A stretch of DNA of 64,000 nucleotides from the human T2T-CHM13v2.0 reference genome, Homo sapiens. The translations under genes and the position numbers were made by a program. The stretch lies in the NCBI RefSeq assembly GCF_009914755.1, contig NC_060935.1; one strand, written 5' to 3'. The notes under the pieces are model-generated. The model saw only the letters and a program-made list of their open reading frames with translations. It ran no database searches and had not been told where the DNA came from. Position 1 is the stretch's first letter; every line of letters begins with the position of its first letter. Below are positions 1 through 15,230 of this stretch, in pieces.

Positions 1-462
1 CCTCCCTCTGTACCTGGACTTTGAGACAGGCATAGTCAAGTGAGACTTTAAATATTGATTCCACGTGATGGAAGCGGCCACCATCGAACACATGACCCAG
101 CCTCAGCCACTTGGGTGATTCCACTCATGACCATGTCTCTGAAGAAATGCAGAGTTCATAATGGAGAAGGCAGAGGCAACATGTTCCAGCAACAGCTCTG
201 GAGTGTGGTGAGATTTGGGGATGGGACTGCTGCCAGCAGTGCTCAGCTGCCTGTGGAGGTGGTGTTGGTTGTGCCCGTCAGCATCCTGACAGTTTGCGGT
301 GTGACTTGGCTGTGTTTCCAGCTGTCTGCCTTCTCCTGAATCCTGCCTGTTCTCAAACCTAGTTCTTTCCAATAGCCCATTTCCTTCCAATAAACTCTCC
401 TCTTGCGCAAGTTAACCAGCGTCATATACAGTTGTTTGCACCTAAGAACCCTGACTGGTTAC
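1..462 (+). mobile_element. ERVL-class solo LTR (LTR33-like), truncated by the window edge
   Basis: AATAAA followed by gttaaccagcgtcatatacagttgtttgcacctaagaaccctgactggttaca, resembling the LTR33 3' terminus. Confidence 0.6.
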
Positions 463-1191
463 AGTGGAAGCTGGCCTGGCACAGGGCTGAGGAAGGGGTG
501 GGAGGAGGCCAGTGTCCAGGCTGTGCAGCAGCTCTCTCATGCCCCAGTGATTTCCCATGAACCCCATACATCATCACCTTAGTGACGGGGTGACAGACCC
601 TCCTTTTGCTTCCCACACACACACACAAACAAAAACTGTGCTGTTTGGATGTATTTAAACCTTCCAGGCTGCTTTTGATAGAGTTTGAGGGAAAAAAGTG
701 GATGAAAAGATCAGATTCTGAAGACCGCCCTTCTTCATCTGATCACACCTAAAATTCTTGGTGGGATTCTTAAGCCCTTTATCATTGTAAGATATGCATA
801 CATACACTCCTGCACTCTAGATTGTATGTAATGCAGGAATAAAATGTAGGAACAAAAAAGGTAAAATGCAGGAATTTCCAGTGTCCAAATCAATGTCTAT
901 CCAGCTCAAGGTACAGAATGTTTCCAACACATCAGAAGATTCCTTCATCCCGTTCCCAGTCTTTTCTGTCTTCTATCATGTACAATTACTTTTCCCCGTC
1001 CTTGAACTTAATATAAATGGAGCCATTTAATACATAGCTTTTTATGCCTGATTCCTTATGTCTGTGAGCATCCTCCATGTTGGGTGATGCAGTAGAACAT
1101 TCCTTCTTATTGCTGCACTTACGCTAAGTATAAATATGTAATTTATCCATCTGCTGTTGATAACAATGGGTATTTCTTAAAAGAGTAAGTC

Positions 1192-1345
1192 TTTTATCGA
1201 AGCATAAGGGAAAAGAGCTAATGCATGCTTGGTTTAATACCTAGGTAATGGATTAATAGGTGCAGCAAACCACCATGACACACATTTACCTATGTAACAA
1301 ACCTGCACATCCTGCACGTGTACCCCCAAACTTAAAAATGAAATC
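1192..1345 (+). mobile_element. Short L1PA 3'-end insertion
   Basis: L1 3' terminus (ggtgcagcaaaccaccatgacacacatttacctatgtaacaaacctgcac). TSD AAAAGAGTAAGTC at 1179-1191 / 1346-1358. Confidence 0.85.
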
Positions 1346-3199
1346 AAAAGAGTAAGTCAAACTTTGATGCTTTCATGATGATAGAATAAACATAAAAAGA
1401 GTTCATTTGCTACACAGAGGTAATATATTGAATATACATATATATCAACTGAACATTTTCTGGACAGTTTTGTAAAATAATAGCCATCAGTTAATCCACC
1501 AAATTTGTTAATGCTTATTAAATCTAATGACATAGTTATTAATTTAATGTTTAATTAAAATGAATATACTTGGCATTTAGATTTTAAATGGTCTATGTTA
1601 TGACGAAGATCTATTTTTCATGGGCTATGATTTACAGGTTAATAACTATTGAGGTGCCCTATGTAATCAATACAGGAAGTAGTTTATTGTTCATTTTATA
1701 AAATTGGAGATCTGATTTTGATTATAAAATAATTATTGCTTATTGTATATGATGTATCTTTTTGCTTTTAGGACAGATCATTGATCATATTTTTATTTGA
1801 CGCTAAATTTCCCATCAGACACCATGTCTCGTAACAGCATTGTTACTATAGAAATACATGGTCAGGTTTATGTTATGCTGGGAACATATTGCTGTGAGTC
1901 CTGAATGATAGGTAGAAGCTGACCAGTAGAGGAGAGGGCAGACCTTTCCAGGCAGAGGAATGACCAGAGTCCCAAACCCTACACATTTGGGGAAAAGCAA
2001 GTGATATTAGGGGATGAATCACTGAGTGTATAAAGAGGTCGATAGAATATTTGGGTGAGAGGAATGGTAACAGGGACAATCAGTCTCCATTCAGCACTCT
2101 GAGGGGAGAACTAATGGAGAAAGAAGATACAGTAGTCAAAAGGAGATCAAAAGAGGTGATTTAATGTGGGTAAAAGTTGATTGGAAGGCAGAGCTTGGAT
2201 CTGCAACTACAATAGAATTCTCTAATGCCTTCTGACGCCACAGAGTAATTTTACAAACCCAGCTACAATCACTTCCCTACAAATTGGGCGAGAGCACATC
2301 ACATGCTCAGTTTGGTCTCCCAGTCCTAGCAGTCGGGAGCATAACAACCCCTTTAGAAAGAGTAAGGAAGGAAATGTGAGCAAGAAAGAATTATTTTCAT
2401 TCTGTGCTCCCCTAGGGCATGGAAAGATAGGTTTCCACTCAAAGAGGAATGGAATCATCTGCTTTAAACCAAAGATCAGCCCCTTCACAGGATTTATTTG
2501 CACGAAGTCATATTTCCTCTTATGGACCAATATAGAAACATGTATCTCACATATATGCATAGCCACAGGTAAAATCTTGTTCCCAACATTCCATAAATAT
2601 AACTCAAATCTCCTTGTGTTTGAGTGCGAAATATCTAATTTTTTAAAGCCCCAAAGAAGTAAATAGAAAGTTTAAAAACATAGCTTCCCCTCAATCCATC
2701 TATTTTCCTGTACTAGTTAGTGATGTGAACTGCGATCTGGGAGCTCAGGATATTTGGGTATAATTTTTTTAGATAGCTTAACAAAATGTTTCTCAAATCA
2801 AAAACACTTCAGAGACATCCTACCCTATTTGGGATGTCTCTGGGAGCTATATTACAAGCCTGCTTGCACCGTAGATAACTTTGAGAAAGAGAAACACTGC
2901 TCTGAAGCAATTCACCAGCACTTCCAACTTAGGATGAGATTCCTGAATTTAGAGCATGGACAAGAAACTCTACTCCACCATTCTGTCCATGAGCAAGCAG
3001 AGAAGAGAGATATGTAACTGCTGATCATAATCTTCATCTTTCCTTTGTGCCTCTATCCTACAGCCTGGTAAAGTAGGCGAGTATACCCACACTGGCCAGA
3101 CAAGAGCTTGGAAAATGGATCTTTTGGTTCACCAGCTCAGCTCTCTGGTGCAGAATCTACAGAACAGAATAAACCCATATGGTTTACAGTGTTGTCAGT

Positions 3200-3730
3200 G
3201 GGATGTAGGAAAATCACAGGGTTAGTGCAGGGCTAGTAAAGGAGGCACCATTACGATGTGTAGGCTGAAGTGGACAAGGAGAGAGCTGTGTGGGAGGGCC
3301 TCACTTGGCATGAATGTGACTCCTGGTGGATGGATGCGGTCCACAGCACTCCCACAGGAAGAGGACGGAGGAATAAATATCCTGCCTTGCTTTTTTTTTC
3401 CCTGCATTGTTCACTAAGACAAAGGGCAAGAAAGTCTGCTAATGCAGTTCAGATCAGCCAGACTCCCAGGGGACAGTGCAGGACAGATAAGTGCAGAGAC
3501 TGCATTTGAATGTCGAACAGAGGACAATCAGCACAGTCAGAAACACAACCCTACAAATGAGGCCCAAATGGATAGGACAAGTAAAATGATAAAATGTAGG
3601 CCACCCAACTATCTCAGGCATATGGAACGGGAGGCCAGGAACAGCAAGAAGACATCCAAGTCCTCCAGGGGGGCGGGATCTGTTGAAAACTGCTAGTTTT
3701 CGTCAGAAATGGAACAGGGCCAGGGTAAGT
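3200..3730 (+). promoter_or_regulatory. Conserved paralogous non-coding block with O/E and HD-like sites
   Basis: TCCCAGGGGA (TCCC-N2-GGGA, 3464-3473) lies about 25 bp downstream of CTAATGC. Both motifs are retained in the paralog (31592-31626). A consensus donor GTAAGT is at 3725-3730. Confidence 0.35.
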
Positions 3731-3999
3731 GGGACGGAGTCGTGGTTGCAGCTCTAAATGGGAAGAGCAAAGACGGAGGAAGCAAGGATATCGCTAACAG
3801 TAAAACAGGCCTCTTTTCCATTCTAAGGGGGAATAATTGATTCCAATGGGAAAAACCAAAACTTTACTCAACAAATAGAAACTAAAAATATAGATAAGTA
3901 TACCAAACAAAGGAAAAGCTCAAGAGACAGACAATTCAAATGCAATGCAGTTTGGATTTGGGGATGTGGGTTTCACTAACATCACAGCAGCAAACCTAA

Positions 4000-4404
<405 letters not shown>

Positions 4405-5629
4405 TCTTATCAGACTTTTATGCACAATAGCTTCAAGTAAGTTTTCACGAAATTCAAACACCTGTTCCTGCTTCTCTTTCCCAGAGAGCTTGCCTCAGGA
4501 TGCTGAAGTGTGGTTTACCTACACAGGAGATGCAAAATTACTTGGAAATTTGCACTTCATTGGAGGCAACCCAGAAGGAATGACTGATTAGTGTGAAGGC
4601 GTAAATACTCTAGTCCCACTACCACTGACAAGGACAACTGCGGCATGTGAGCTGAACTGAATTTAGAGCTTCTAAATCATACATAACTGCTAGATATGTA
4701 TTCTTTTATATCTATGATATATTTCTTAAAATTCAGCCTTTGAGCAGGAACAAAGCCTAAAAACCCTATAAGAGTCCAGAAAAGCAAGAAGCCACCTACA
4801 AAAATAGAAGGAGGTAAGTGAAAAGTGAGAGCAAGTTCCTAGCACCCTAAAGAAAAATCTAGCTCGATTGATTGATTGCAGGATCCCTTTCCAACTCACT
4901 GGCTATGTTCCCCTCCTTTCCATAAATGATCAAGTTGGATCCCCAGTTCCTTCACCAAAAGGAAAGGGATTTTGAATTAGGAATAAACCCTTTGGACAGT
5001 GTTTGTGTTACAATGTGTCATTTATATATATAGTTCTCCCACCAAAGGGTGGGTTCAATTTTTCTAAATAAAAAGTTTTGCAGTCCCTATAAAGTCCAAA
5101 CTTAAAGTGCTCTTTCAAGTTTTGCTACATAGAGATGCCGGTTTTCTGAGGACCCTAATTGACTGCTAGATAAAGATTAGGAAGATGAGAGTTGACAAAA
5201 AACATTTAAGTAGAAAAAAAAACATTTAAGTAGAATCTCCACTTTTTATAAAGTGCTGCCCTAATGAGGCTAATTTCTGACTGTGTGCACTACACTTCCC
5301 ACTTATACCTGAGTCCCTTTAGGAAAAGATCGTTCTCACTCAGAGATAAAGAAGATGGAGGGGTGGGTGTAGAATGAACTCTCAAGAACAGAGAGCAACC
5401 ACTGGGAAGAGAATGGGCTATTCACTTATATTTTGAGATGCTATCTGTTCTCTTTAAATGTGTTTAAATTAATGGCTTCAGGAAATCAAACGTGGCCTTG
5501 TAAAAAATAATTTTCTCAACCTCCTGGAATCTTCATTCTTTCACCAACTAAATAGTTATTAAGCATCCACGGCCAGTCACTCTTCCAAGCAATGTTGAGG
5601 TAACCATGCCCTCAATGAATTTATATTCT

Positions 5630-8600
5630 TCATCTGTGTATCTATACTTTCAGCAACACCACACTGTCTTCAATAATACAGCGTCGTTGTAAGTGTTGAA
5701 ATCAAGTGGTATCAGTCTTCTGACTTTATTCTTCTTCTTTAGAATTGTGTTGGCTACTCTGAGTTTTGTCCCTTTCCATATAACTTTTTGAATCAACTTG
5801 CTCATATAAATGAAATAACTTGCTGGGATTTCGTGATTGCATTGAATCTATAAATCTGTTGGAAGGAACTTAAATCTTAGCAATGTTGTGTCTTTCTAGT
5901 CATGAATATAGAATAGCTCTTTATGTAGATCTTTCATTTGTTTCATCAGAGTTTCGTAGTTTTCCTCATAGAGATTTTGTACATATTTTGTAAGATTTAT
6001 TCCTAAACACTTCAAGTGTTAGTGTGAATTGTTTTGTGTTTTTAATTTCAAATTCCATTTATCCATTGCTGGTATACATGAAAGCAATTAACTTTTTATA
6101 TTTTTTTTCTATTTTTATAGTAACCTTGTCTCCTGAAACTAGTTATAATTGCTTATTGGTTCCATGGGTTTTTTTATGTTCATTCTTTGCGATTTTCAAC
6201 ACAGACATTTATGTCAGCTGCAAACAAAGTTTTATTTCTTCCTTCCCAATCTGTATACTGTTTACATCATTTTCTTTTACTATTGCATTAGCCAGGACTT
6301 CCAATACCATGTTAAATGGGAGTGGTGAGAAGCAGCATCCTGTCTTTGTTCTGATTATAGGAAGAAAGCACCTAGTTTCTCACCAATAAATATGATGCTA
6401 TCAGTAGGTTTTTTTTGTAGAGGTTCTTTATCAGACACAAAACTTCCCCTTATTCATAGTTTTTCAGGAAGTTCTTTCATGAATGGGTTTGGGATTTTGT
6501 CAAGTGTTTTCTGTGCATCTATTGATAAGATCTTGTCTTTTTTTTTTCTTTAAACTTCTCTGGTCTTAATGAAGAATTTTATATTGATTCTATCTTTTTC
6601 TCCCTTGTTAGCTGATCAATTATACTTTTAAAAAATTTTTAGTGGGTACTCTAAAGTTTGCAATGTGCATTTACAACTAATAAAAGTCTACTTTCAAATA
6701 ACACCATATCACATCCTGGGTAGTGCAGGTACTTTATAACAGAGTATGCCCAATCCCTCCCTTCCATCCCTTATAACATTGCTGTCATTAATTTCACCTA
6801 TTCATAAGCTATGGTTACCCAATATGTTAGTGCTATTATCATTTTAGCAATCATTTCTCTGTTAGATTAATTAAGACTAAGAAAAAGGAGTTTATTTGAC
6901 TTTCACTTATTCCTGCTCTAATGACTTCCCTTTTTTTATGTAGATCTTCTTTCTGAAGAACTCCTTTCTTGCATGACAGCTGTACCAGCAACAAATTCTC
7001 TCAGCTTTTGTTTGTCAGAAAAAGTTTTTACCTAACTCTCCGTTACATTTGAAGGATAATTTCACCAGATACAAAACTCTAGGTTGGTGAATTGTTGTTG
7101 TTGCTGTTGTTGTTTTTCCAGCACTTTAAATCTGTTACTTCACTCTCTTCTTGCTTGCAAGGTTTCTGAATAGAAGTCTAATGTAATTCTTATCCTTATT
7201 CTTTTATAGATAAGATCATACAAGTAAGATGGGTATTTTTCCTCTGGCTTCTTTCAAGATTTTTTTTTGTCTGGTTTTCTGCCATTTGAATATGATATGG
7301 CTAGGTGTAGACTTCTTAATATTTATCCTGCTTACTGTTTAGTGAGGTTCTTAGATGTATAGTTTTGATGTCTGTTATTAATTTTAGAAAATTCTTAGCC
7401 GTTATTATTTTAAATATTTCTTCTGGATTTTTTATTTTTTTCTCTCTTCTAGTATTTTTATTATGCATATGTCATGCCTTTTATAATTGTCCCACAATTC
7501 TTGCGTATTCTGTTCCATTTTTTTCATTCTATTTTCTCTTGACATTTCTGTTTGGGAAATGTCAGTTAACATATCTTTAGGACCACTGATGCTTTCCTCT
7601 ACCATACCCAGTCTACTTATGAGTCTATCAAAGGCATTTTTCATTTCTCTTACAGTGGTTTTTGTTTTTTTAAGTATTTCCTTTTGATTCTTTCTTAGAA
7701 GTTTCCATCTCACTGCTTACATTGCTCATCTGTTCTTGCCAGATGTCTGCTATTTTTATTAGAGCCCTGAGCGTATTAATCATAGCTGTTTTAAATTCCC
7801 AGTCTGATCATTCCAACATCCTCCCTTATACCTTAGTATGGTTGCTTGTTTTGTCTGTTTACTGTTTACTGTTTACTGTAGCTGTAGGTGTCTAAAGCTT
7901 CAACTTTCTCTAGTACCATCTTGTCTCCTCATGTTGTCTCAGGATTTCCCTAGAAACTCTCTTAAACAGAGTCTGAGCTGTGCTTTAACCCCCTGTTTTT
8001 ATACAGGAGATTAATGGATGTGATAGTAAAGTGTGGGTGGGAGACAAAACATTCTCTATTGCTGTGATTAAGTCTCGGCCTTTTTGTTGGCCTATTCCCT
8101 GGGGCTGTGACCTTCACAAGTGCTTCTCAGCTCTTTCTACTCCTTAGGTGAGACAGACTAGAGGGAGCGGGAGGGGACTGAAGTTAGGAATTTCACTTCC
8201 CCAATATTGTGTAGACTGAAGTATGGTTTTCTGGGAGGTTAAGTGAGAACAAAAAGCTCTGAGTGTATTTTGAAATGGTTCCTTTTCCCCTCTCCCTGTC
8301 CAACACTAGTGGAACTAGACTCTGATCTTCACCATGAAAACCCGGTGGGTCTCCTGGAGGTAGAACTCCCAACAGTATGGGGACTCCCCCACCAAGACTG
8401 GGTTCCCTGGAGTTTTTACCTTTCAAGCTGGTCCACACTCAGACTCCAGCAATTCATCAACTACCTCTCAAGTGTTCTGTGTTCATATAGATATGTACAC
8501 ACATGCATACTAACTCCAGTAGCTTCTGCTCTGGATAAGCAGTTATTCTCTTCTCACTTCTTCCTGCAGTTTTCAGGGAGTCAGTTTGTTCTGTGACCTC

Positions 8601-8700
8601 AATTCTCTGATGGCTCTAAGAAAAGTGGTTGATTTTGAGTTTGTTTGGCTTTTTACTTGTGAGGATAAGAGTTATAACTTCCAACCTCTCTGAGCTCAAA
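5630..8700 (-). mobile_element. Old L1M fragments
   Basis: T-rich decayed ORF2/ORF1-like sequence. ORF 7432-7713 resembles the L1 ORF1 coiled coil. Boundaries are approximate. Confidence 0.7.
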
Positions 8701-10346
8701 CCATCTCTTATTTTTTAAAACAGATATGTAAGTTAATACATAAGTGTTTGTTGAATTGAAAATGTTTGCCATTTTGGTATCTTAAGAGCTCAATGTCTCT
8801 TCCTCCGGGACAGCAACAATCAAGCAAAGATACAGGTGATCAAATCACGGGGTGGAGGTGGAAAATCAGAAGAAACCAAAATGTTGCCAGAGTTGAAATT
8901 ACCATGGGTTATCTGTGTTGCTTCCTCTCCTCTCCTCTATCCTCTTCTGTCCTGTTCATTCTCTAACCCATGCCTCTTCTGTGTTTGATTTCTCTTCTTG
9001 TTGCCTAATAATATCCTATGCTCCCTCCTCTTTAAGTCATTTCCATTGGAAGATACATCCCTAAATCCCCTTTTATTAAATTTCAAAACAAAAAAGGGTC
9101 TCTAGATACATAAATATGTAGGTAGATAGATAGAAGGTACAGAGATATGCTTGTGTATACCTATTCTATTTCTGGGAATAGTTGCATCCAGGAGGAAGAA
9201 CATAAGCATGGGTGAACTGATGTGAAAGGAAACCTTATTTCTACTGTATACTTTTTTGTACTGTTTAATTTTTTACCATGACATGTATTCTCAAGAAAAA
9301 TGTATTCCTTCTTAAGTGGAAGCTGTTAATCACCCACCCATAATCTAATTACTGCCATCTGCAGAAGAAAACAAATCCTACAGCAAACATCTTATTCAAC
9401 AGTGAAAGCCTTAATGCCTTTACCCTAAGGTCAGAAACAAGACAGGGTCATCCATTCTCATCTCTATTAATCATTGTATTGGAAGTCTTAGACAGGACAC
9501 TGAAAAAAATAAAATAGATAAAAGGTATAAAGACCATTAAGGAAGAATCAAACCTGTCTTTATTTGCAGATTACATGAGTATATACAGAAAAAACAAAGT
9601 ACAAATTCTTAGTTTCTCTTTTGTCGAGTTTAGCTAACAATTAGATTTCATAAGTGAAATAACAAAGATGCTAGATACAAATTCAGTATACAAAAAACAA
9701 CTGTGCTACTACATACTACTAATAATTGAAAATTAAATTTTAAAAAGTTATTTAAAATAAAGTAAAAGGTATGAAAGGTATGAAATTCCACTTCGAAACA
9801 AGAAAAGCATGTCTGTTTTCCTCATTACTATTCACCATTGTAATGGGAGAATACAGCACTTTGGCTCCATGTCAACTTCTCTCAAATTAGTCCCACTAAA
9901 TTATTGTCACTTGATCTTCAAATACACACGTACAAATATAGCCAATACAATTCAGGGAGGAGAGAAGGTCTTTTCAATAAATGATGCTGATGCAACTTAA
10001 TATCTTTATGAAAGAAATAAAACAACTGCACACCATACATGATAACTGATTTAAAATTGATCTAAAATCTAAATTTTAAAGGAAAAATCATGAAGCTTTC
10101 AAAGGAAAACCTGAGAATGACTTTGTGACTATGTAGTAGGAAAAAAATTAAACAGAAGAAAGCATGAACAGTAAAAGAAGTGGACAAATGAACTTTATTC
10201 AAATTGAAATTGAAATATCATTATCAAAGGACATAATTAATGAGTAGTCATGGGGCAAGCCAGAGACTGAGTAAAGATAACTGCAATGTGTGTGTCTGAA
10301 AAAGTACTCATATCCAGATTATACGTTTTAAAAAACTAATCAATAA

Positions 10347-10663
<317 letters not shown>

Positions 10664-10759
10664 AACAACACTATTTTTAAGTAGCCAAATGACTTGAACA
10701 GGCACTTCACAAATGGTGATGTCCAAATAGCTAATGAACATATAAAAAGTGCCCAACAA

Positions 10760-11274
<515 letters not shown>

Positions 11275-11560
11275 TCATTATTTATCAGGGAAATATCTAA
11301 AAGACTAAAGCAATACTGTACTACACACCCAACGGAGTAATTAAAATGAAAAATACTGAAAATAAGGATGAAGAGTATCCTTTTCTGGAATTTATTGATG
11401 GGAGTGCAAATCAGTTTAAATATTTTGGAAGACAATTTGATAGCATTTAGAAGCCTAAACATATGCCTACCTTGTGACCCATAAAATCTACATCTAGGTA
11501 TATACCCAAACAAAAATAAGTGTATATTTCCAGCAAAATACATGTTCAAGAATGTTTATA

Positions 11561-11995
<435 letters not shown>

Positions 11996-13667
11996 TTATG
12001 GATGAATCTCACATGACTCTCTATGTTAAGTGAAACGTAAGAAAGTAAATGCACTATTTAACATTTATATGAAGTTCAAGCACGAGAAAAATGAAACTGT
12101 GATGATAAAGTAAGAATAGTGAATATTTCCAGGAAGAGCATGGGGAGTAGTAATTACTGGGAAAGGGCAGGCAGGAGTACCCTGAAATGATAAAAAATCT
12201 GCTATATTTTCATTTGGGTGGAGGTAAGTAATCATAGCCTTATAAATGTGAAAAAAAATCATCGAGCAGTTAATGTTTGTGCACTTCACTGTAAAATTTA
12301 TATTTCAATTTAAGAAGGAGTAGGGTGTTTTCATTGTACTGATTCTCCACCATTCCCAGTGCACCCTCAATCCATGTGTCTTGAATTTCATCATCATTCA
12401 TCTCCCTTAGCATCAAAACACAACCCTCCCCTACACTTTCATTTCCTGAATTCTATCCTCGTTAAACCAAAAGATTCCAAAGGAAGAAAGCTAAACATTA
12501 ATCCGAACTTCCCCTTTTTCTAATAGAAGATAACTTTTCAAAGTTTGTAAATTAAACTATCTTCCAGACAGTTCATATGCCATGACTTCTGAAATAATTG
12601 TTACCATTACTAATGTATTCAGATCAAAAAAATTACTCTCATTCGTTATACAAAGTTGTACTTCCACTTACCCAATGCTGTGAATATATGACCTCTCCTA
12701 AGACCACCGTCCCTTCCCTTTATGCCCTATTGTTATTAATAGAAGGTCACAGATATATGCAATGTCTTAACTATATAATGGCAATTGCCTCCCCTAACAA
12801 CTAGTTGGCTGCCGTGGTTCTAATGGCTCACTTATCCAGAGCTGTCTATTACTAATTTACATTATTCAGACCTTTGAGGTGAGGCTCCAAATTCTGTCTC
12901 CGTTAATCTTCAGATGAAGAATAAAGCTTGTATCTAACAAATTTAACTCCCTCAACTCTGTTTATCTCTCCCTTAGAAGGCCTTCTATTGTAAGCCTTCA
13001 CTCAAGGCTCTATACCATCTCCATGGGCACCATCCTTGATTCTATAAGGAACCTAATCTACTTCTCACTCACACACCCCAAAATTCTTTAAAATTTTCTC
13101 TTATCTTTTTGTCAAGACCACATCAACCACATTTTTCACTTCCAACACTCTTGCAAAAATGTTATTCCAAAAATTAACCTTTGAAAAGTTGCATGACATC
13201 ACTATGAATATAATTAGATATCTTTAAATGCAAAAAAAAAAATTTTAAATGAAATCAGTCAGGGAAACGATGGAACAAGGAAGTGTAGCTGAAGAAAAAC
13301 ACAGCAGATTGTATTAAAATTCAAGAGCCTGGACTCTAGTTTCAGCTCTGGCATCAGGTACATGTGTGTCCTTTGGCAGCCTACAAAATATTTTTGAGTG
13401 TGATGTATTGCATGAGGAGACTGGAGTAAATGATTTCATAAGCCTATTCAAGATTAAACCCTGTATAACAGTAGAAACTATTCTCATAAAATAACAATTG
13501 GAATAGTTGGTGTGGATAAGCAGTGCAGGGTGTAAGTGCACTTAAGAATACATTTAAAATTTTTCTCTAAGTATAGGAGAGAAAGCAGTGGCATTTGTTC
13601 CCTCACTGAAAAAAAGAAAAGAAACCCCCTGATTAACAAAGGTTTGGATTCCCTTTCTCATTCATTT

Positions 13668-14599
13668 TTAAGAGACTAATTTTCTGCAAAAGGTTCTCCT
13701 CAGGGCAACTTTGACATCTTTATTCCTCAGGCTGTAGATTAATGGGTTAAACATGGGCACCACAGCAGTACAAAAAATGGAGGACACTTTCCCCTGGTCC
13801 AGGGGTAGAATAGAAGGTGGTTTGAGGTACATGAAAGCACCTGACCCAAAGAAAAGCGATACCACAATTATGTGGGAACTGCAGGTACTGAAGGCTTTAG
13901 ACCTGCCCTCTGTGGAACTAATGTGGAGAATGCTGGAAAGAATAAAACCATAAGAGAGAAAAATGGTGACAATCGGCACCCCAATGCCAACGGTCACAAT
14001 AATAAAAACCACCAGCAAATTTATGTAAGAGCTGTTGCAGGAGAGCTCAAGGAGAGGAAGGATGTCACACATATAGTGATTGACAAGGTTGTCTCCACAA
14101 AAGGACATAAACATTATGTTTCCCATATGAGCCACAGCCCCAAAATCCCCATCCCATAGACACCCAGTAAAAGGAGCAAACACATCTGGGGAGACATGGT
14201 GACCGTGTACAACAGTGGGTTACAGATGCCCACGTAGCGGTCATACGCCATCGCTGATAGAATATAGGATTCAGAAAAGACAAAGAAACAGAAGAAAAAA
14301 AGCTGAGTCATACACCCTGCATAGGAAATGATGTTCTCTGAGACAAAGCTCATCAGCATTTTAGGGGCGAGGGTAGTGGAATAACTAAAATCTATGAAGG
14401 ACAAGTTGAAGGGGAAAAAGTACATGGGGATATGCAGGCGAGAGTTGAGCCCTATCAGGATTATCAAGCCCAGGTTCCCCACCACCGTGACCGCGTAGAA
14501 ACCTAGAAACAGGAAGAAGGCGGGGATCTGGAGTCCCGGCTGGTCGGTTAAGCCTGAGAGGATAAACGCTGTCACGGAGGAGGAGTTCTTGGCAGGCAT
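13668..14599 (-). pseudogene. OR8B9P: Olfactory receptor family 8 subfamily B pseudogene (single 1-bp frameshift)
   Basis: ORF 14114-14599 has OR motifs (N-glycosylation [21 protein letters not shown]). ORF 13668-14183 has NHYMCD, KAFSTCSSH and PMFNPLIYSLRN. The frame switches at the A-run 14142-14145, which is one base shorter than in the paralog at 49451-49461. Span of 932 nt = 936 minus one codon minus 1 nt. OR8B subfamily is from resemblance to recalled OR8B8/OR8B12. The exact symbol is from recalled gene order and is less certain than the pseudogene call. Confidence 0.9.
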
Positions 14600-14864
14600 T
14601 CTCCTCTAGGACTGTCTGTGAGAGAAAAAGAAAGAGTCACTCAGAAAGAGAGAAAGGCTACACACACCGGGAGGTTAATGGAAATTAAGGTAGTGGGAGG
14701 GAGAAGAAAAGAAACATTTACTGAGCACTAACTATGGGATAGGCACTGTTCTAAACGCTGTGTGGCGTTACACTCATCCCTGTCTGGGTTACCTGCACAA
14801 AGTCCCAGGGCTATAGAGTTGCCGCAGCAGGAGAGCTCTGCGGTCTGACTCCCCTGGTCTGAGC

Positions 14865-15230
14865 ATTTTTGTGGGGGTGGGGTGGGGGGGGTGGCAGGGA
14901 TAAAGACTTTATTTTCCACTGTATAATCTCAATGTTCACTTGGTTTTTAGTTGTTTTTTTTTTTTTTTAACACAAATTAACCATTTAAAACTTGTAATTA
15001 AATGATACTCAATTACAGAGGAAAATATCCACAGTGCTATAGAAAAAAAAATACCAATGGACACAGGAAATATTATCAACATGACTCATCATTAAATAAA
15101 TGCAGATTGAAGGTAGGAACAATGATATGAGTTAGTGTGCGCTTCACAGGAACATCGAAATTACTCCTCTTATCTTCTCACAGTTGACACTGAGCCTTCA
15201 GTGACAAGCCGGGGCTCTGACAGCTGAGAG
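14865..15230 (-). pseudogene. Retroposed 5'-truncated mRNA 3'-end fragment (parent gene not recognised)
   Basis: Flanked by direct repeats TGGTCTGAGC (14855-14864, 15231-15240) next to a TT/AAAA L1-endonuclease-type site. It has a minus-strand AATAAA (14908-14913) followed by a degenerate C/A-rich tail. It is absent at the paralogous site (50578-50597). Confidence 0.6.

Noticed and set aside
14871-14900. G-rich run as a functional G-quadruplex
   Set aside because: It could fold in principle, but it is best explained as the decayed tail of the retroposed insert and is absent from the paralog.
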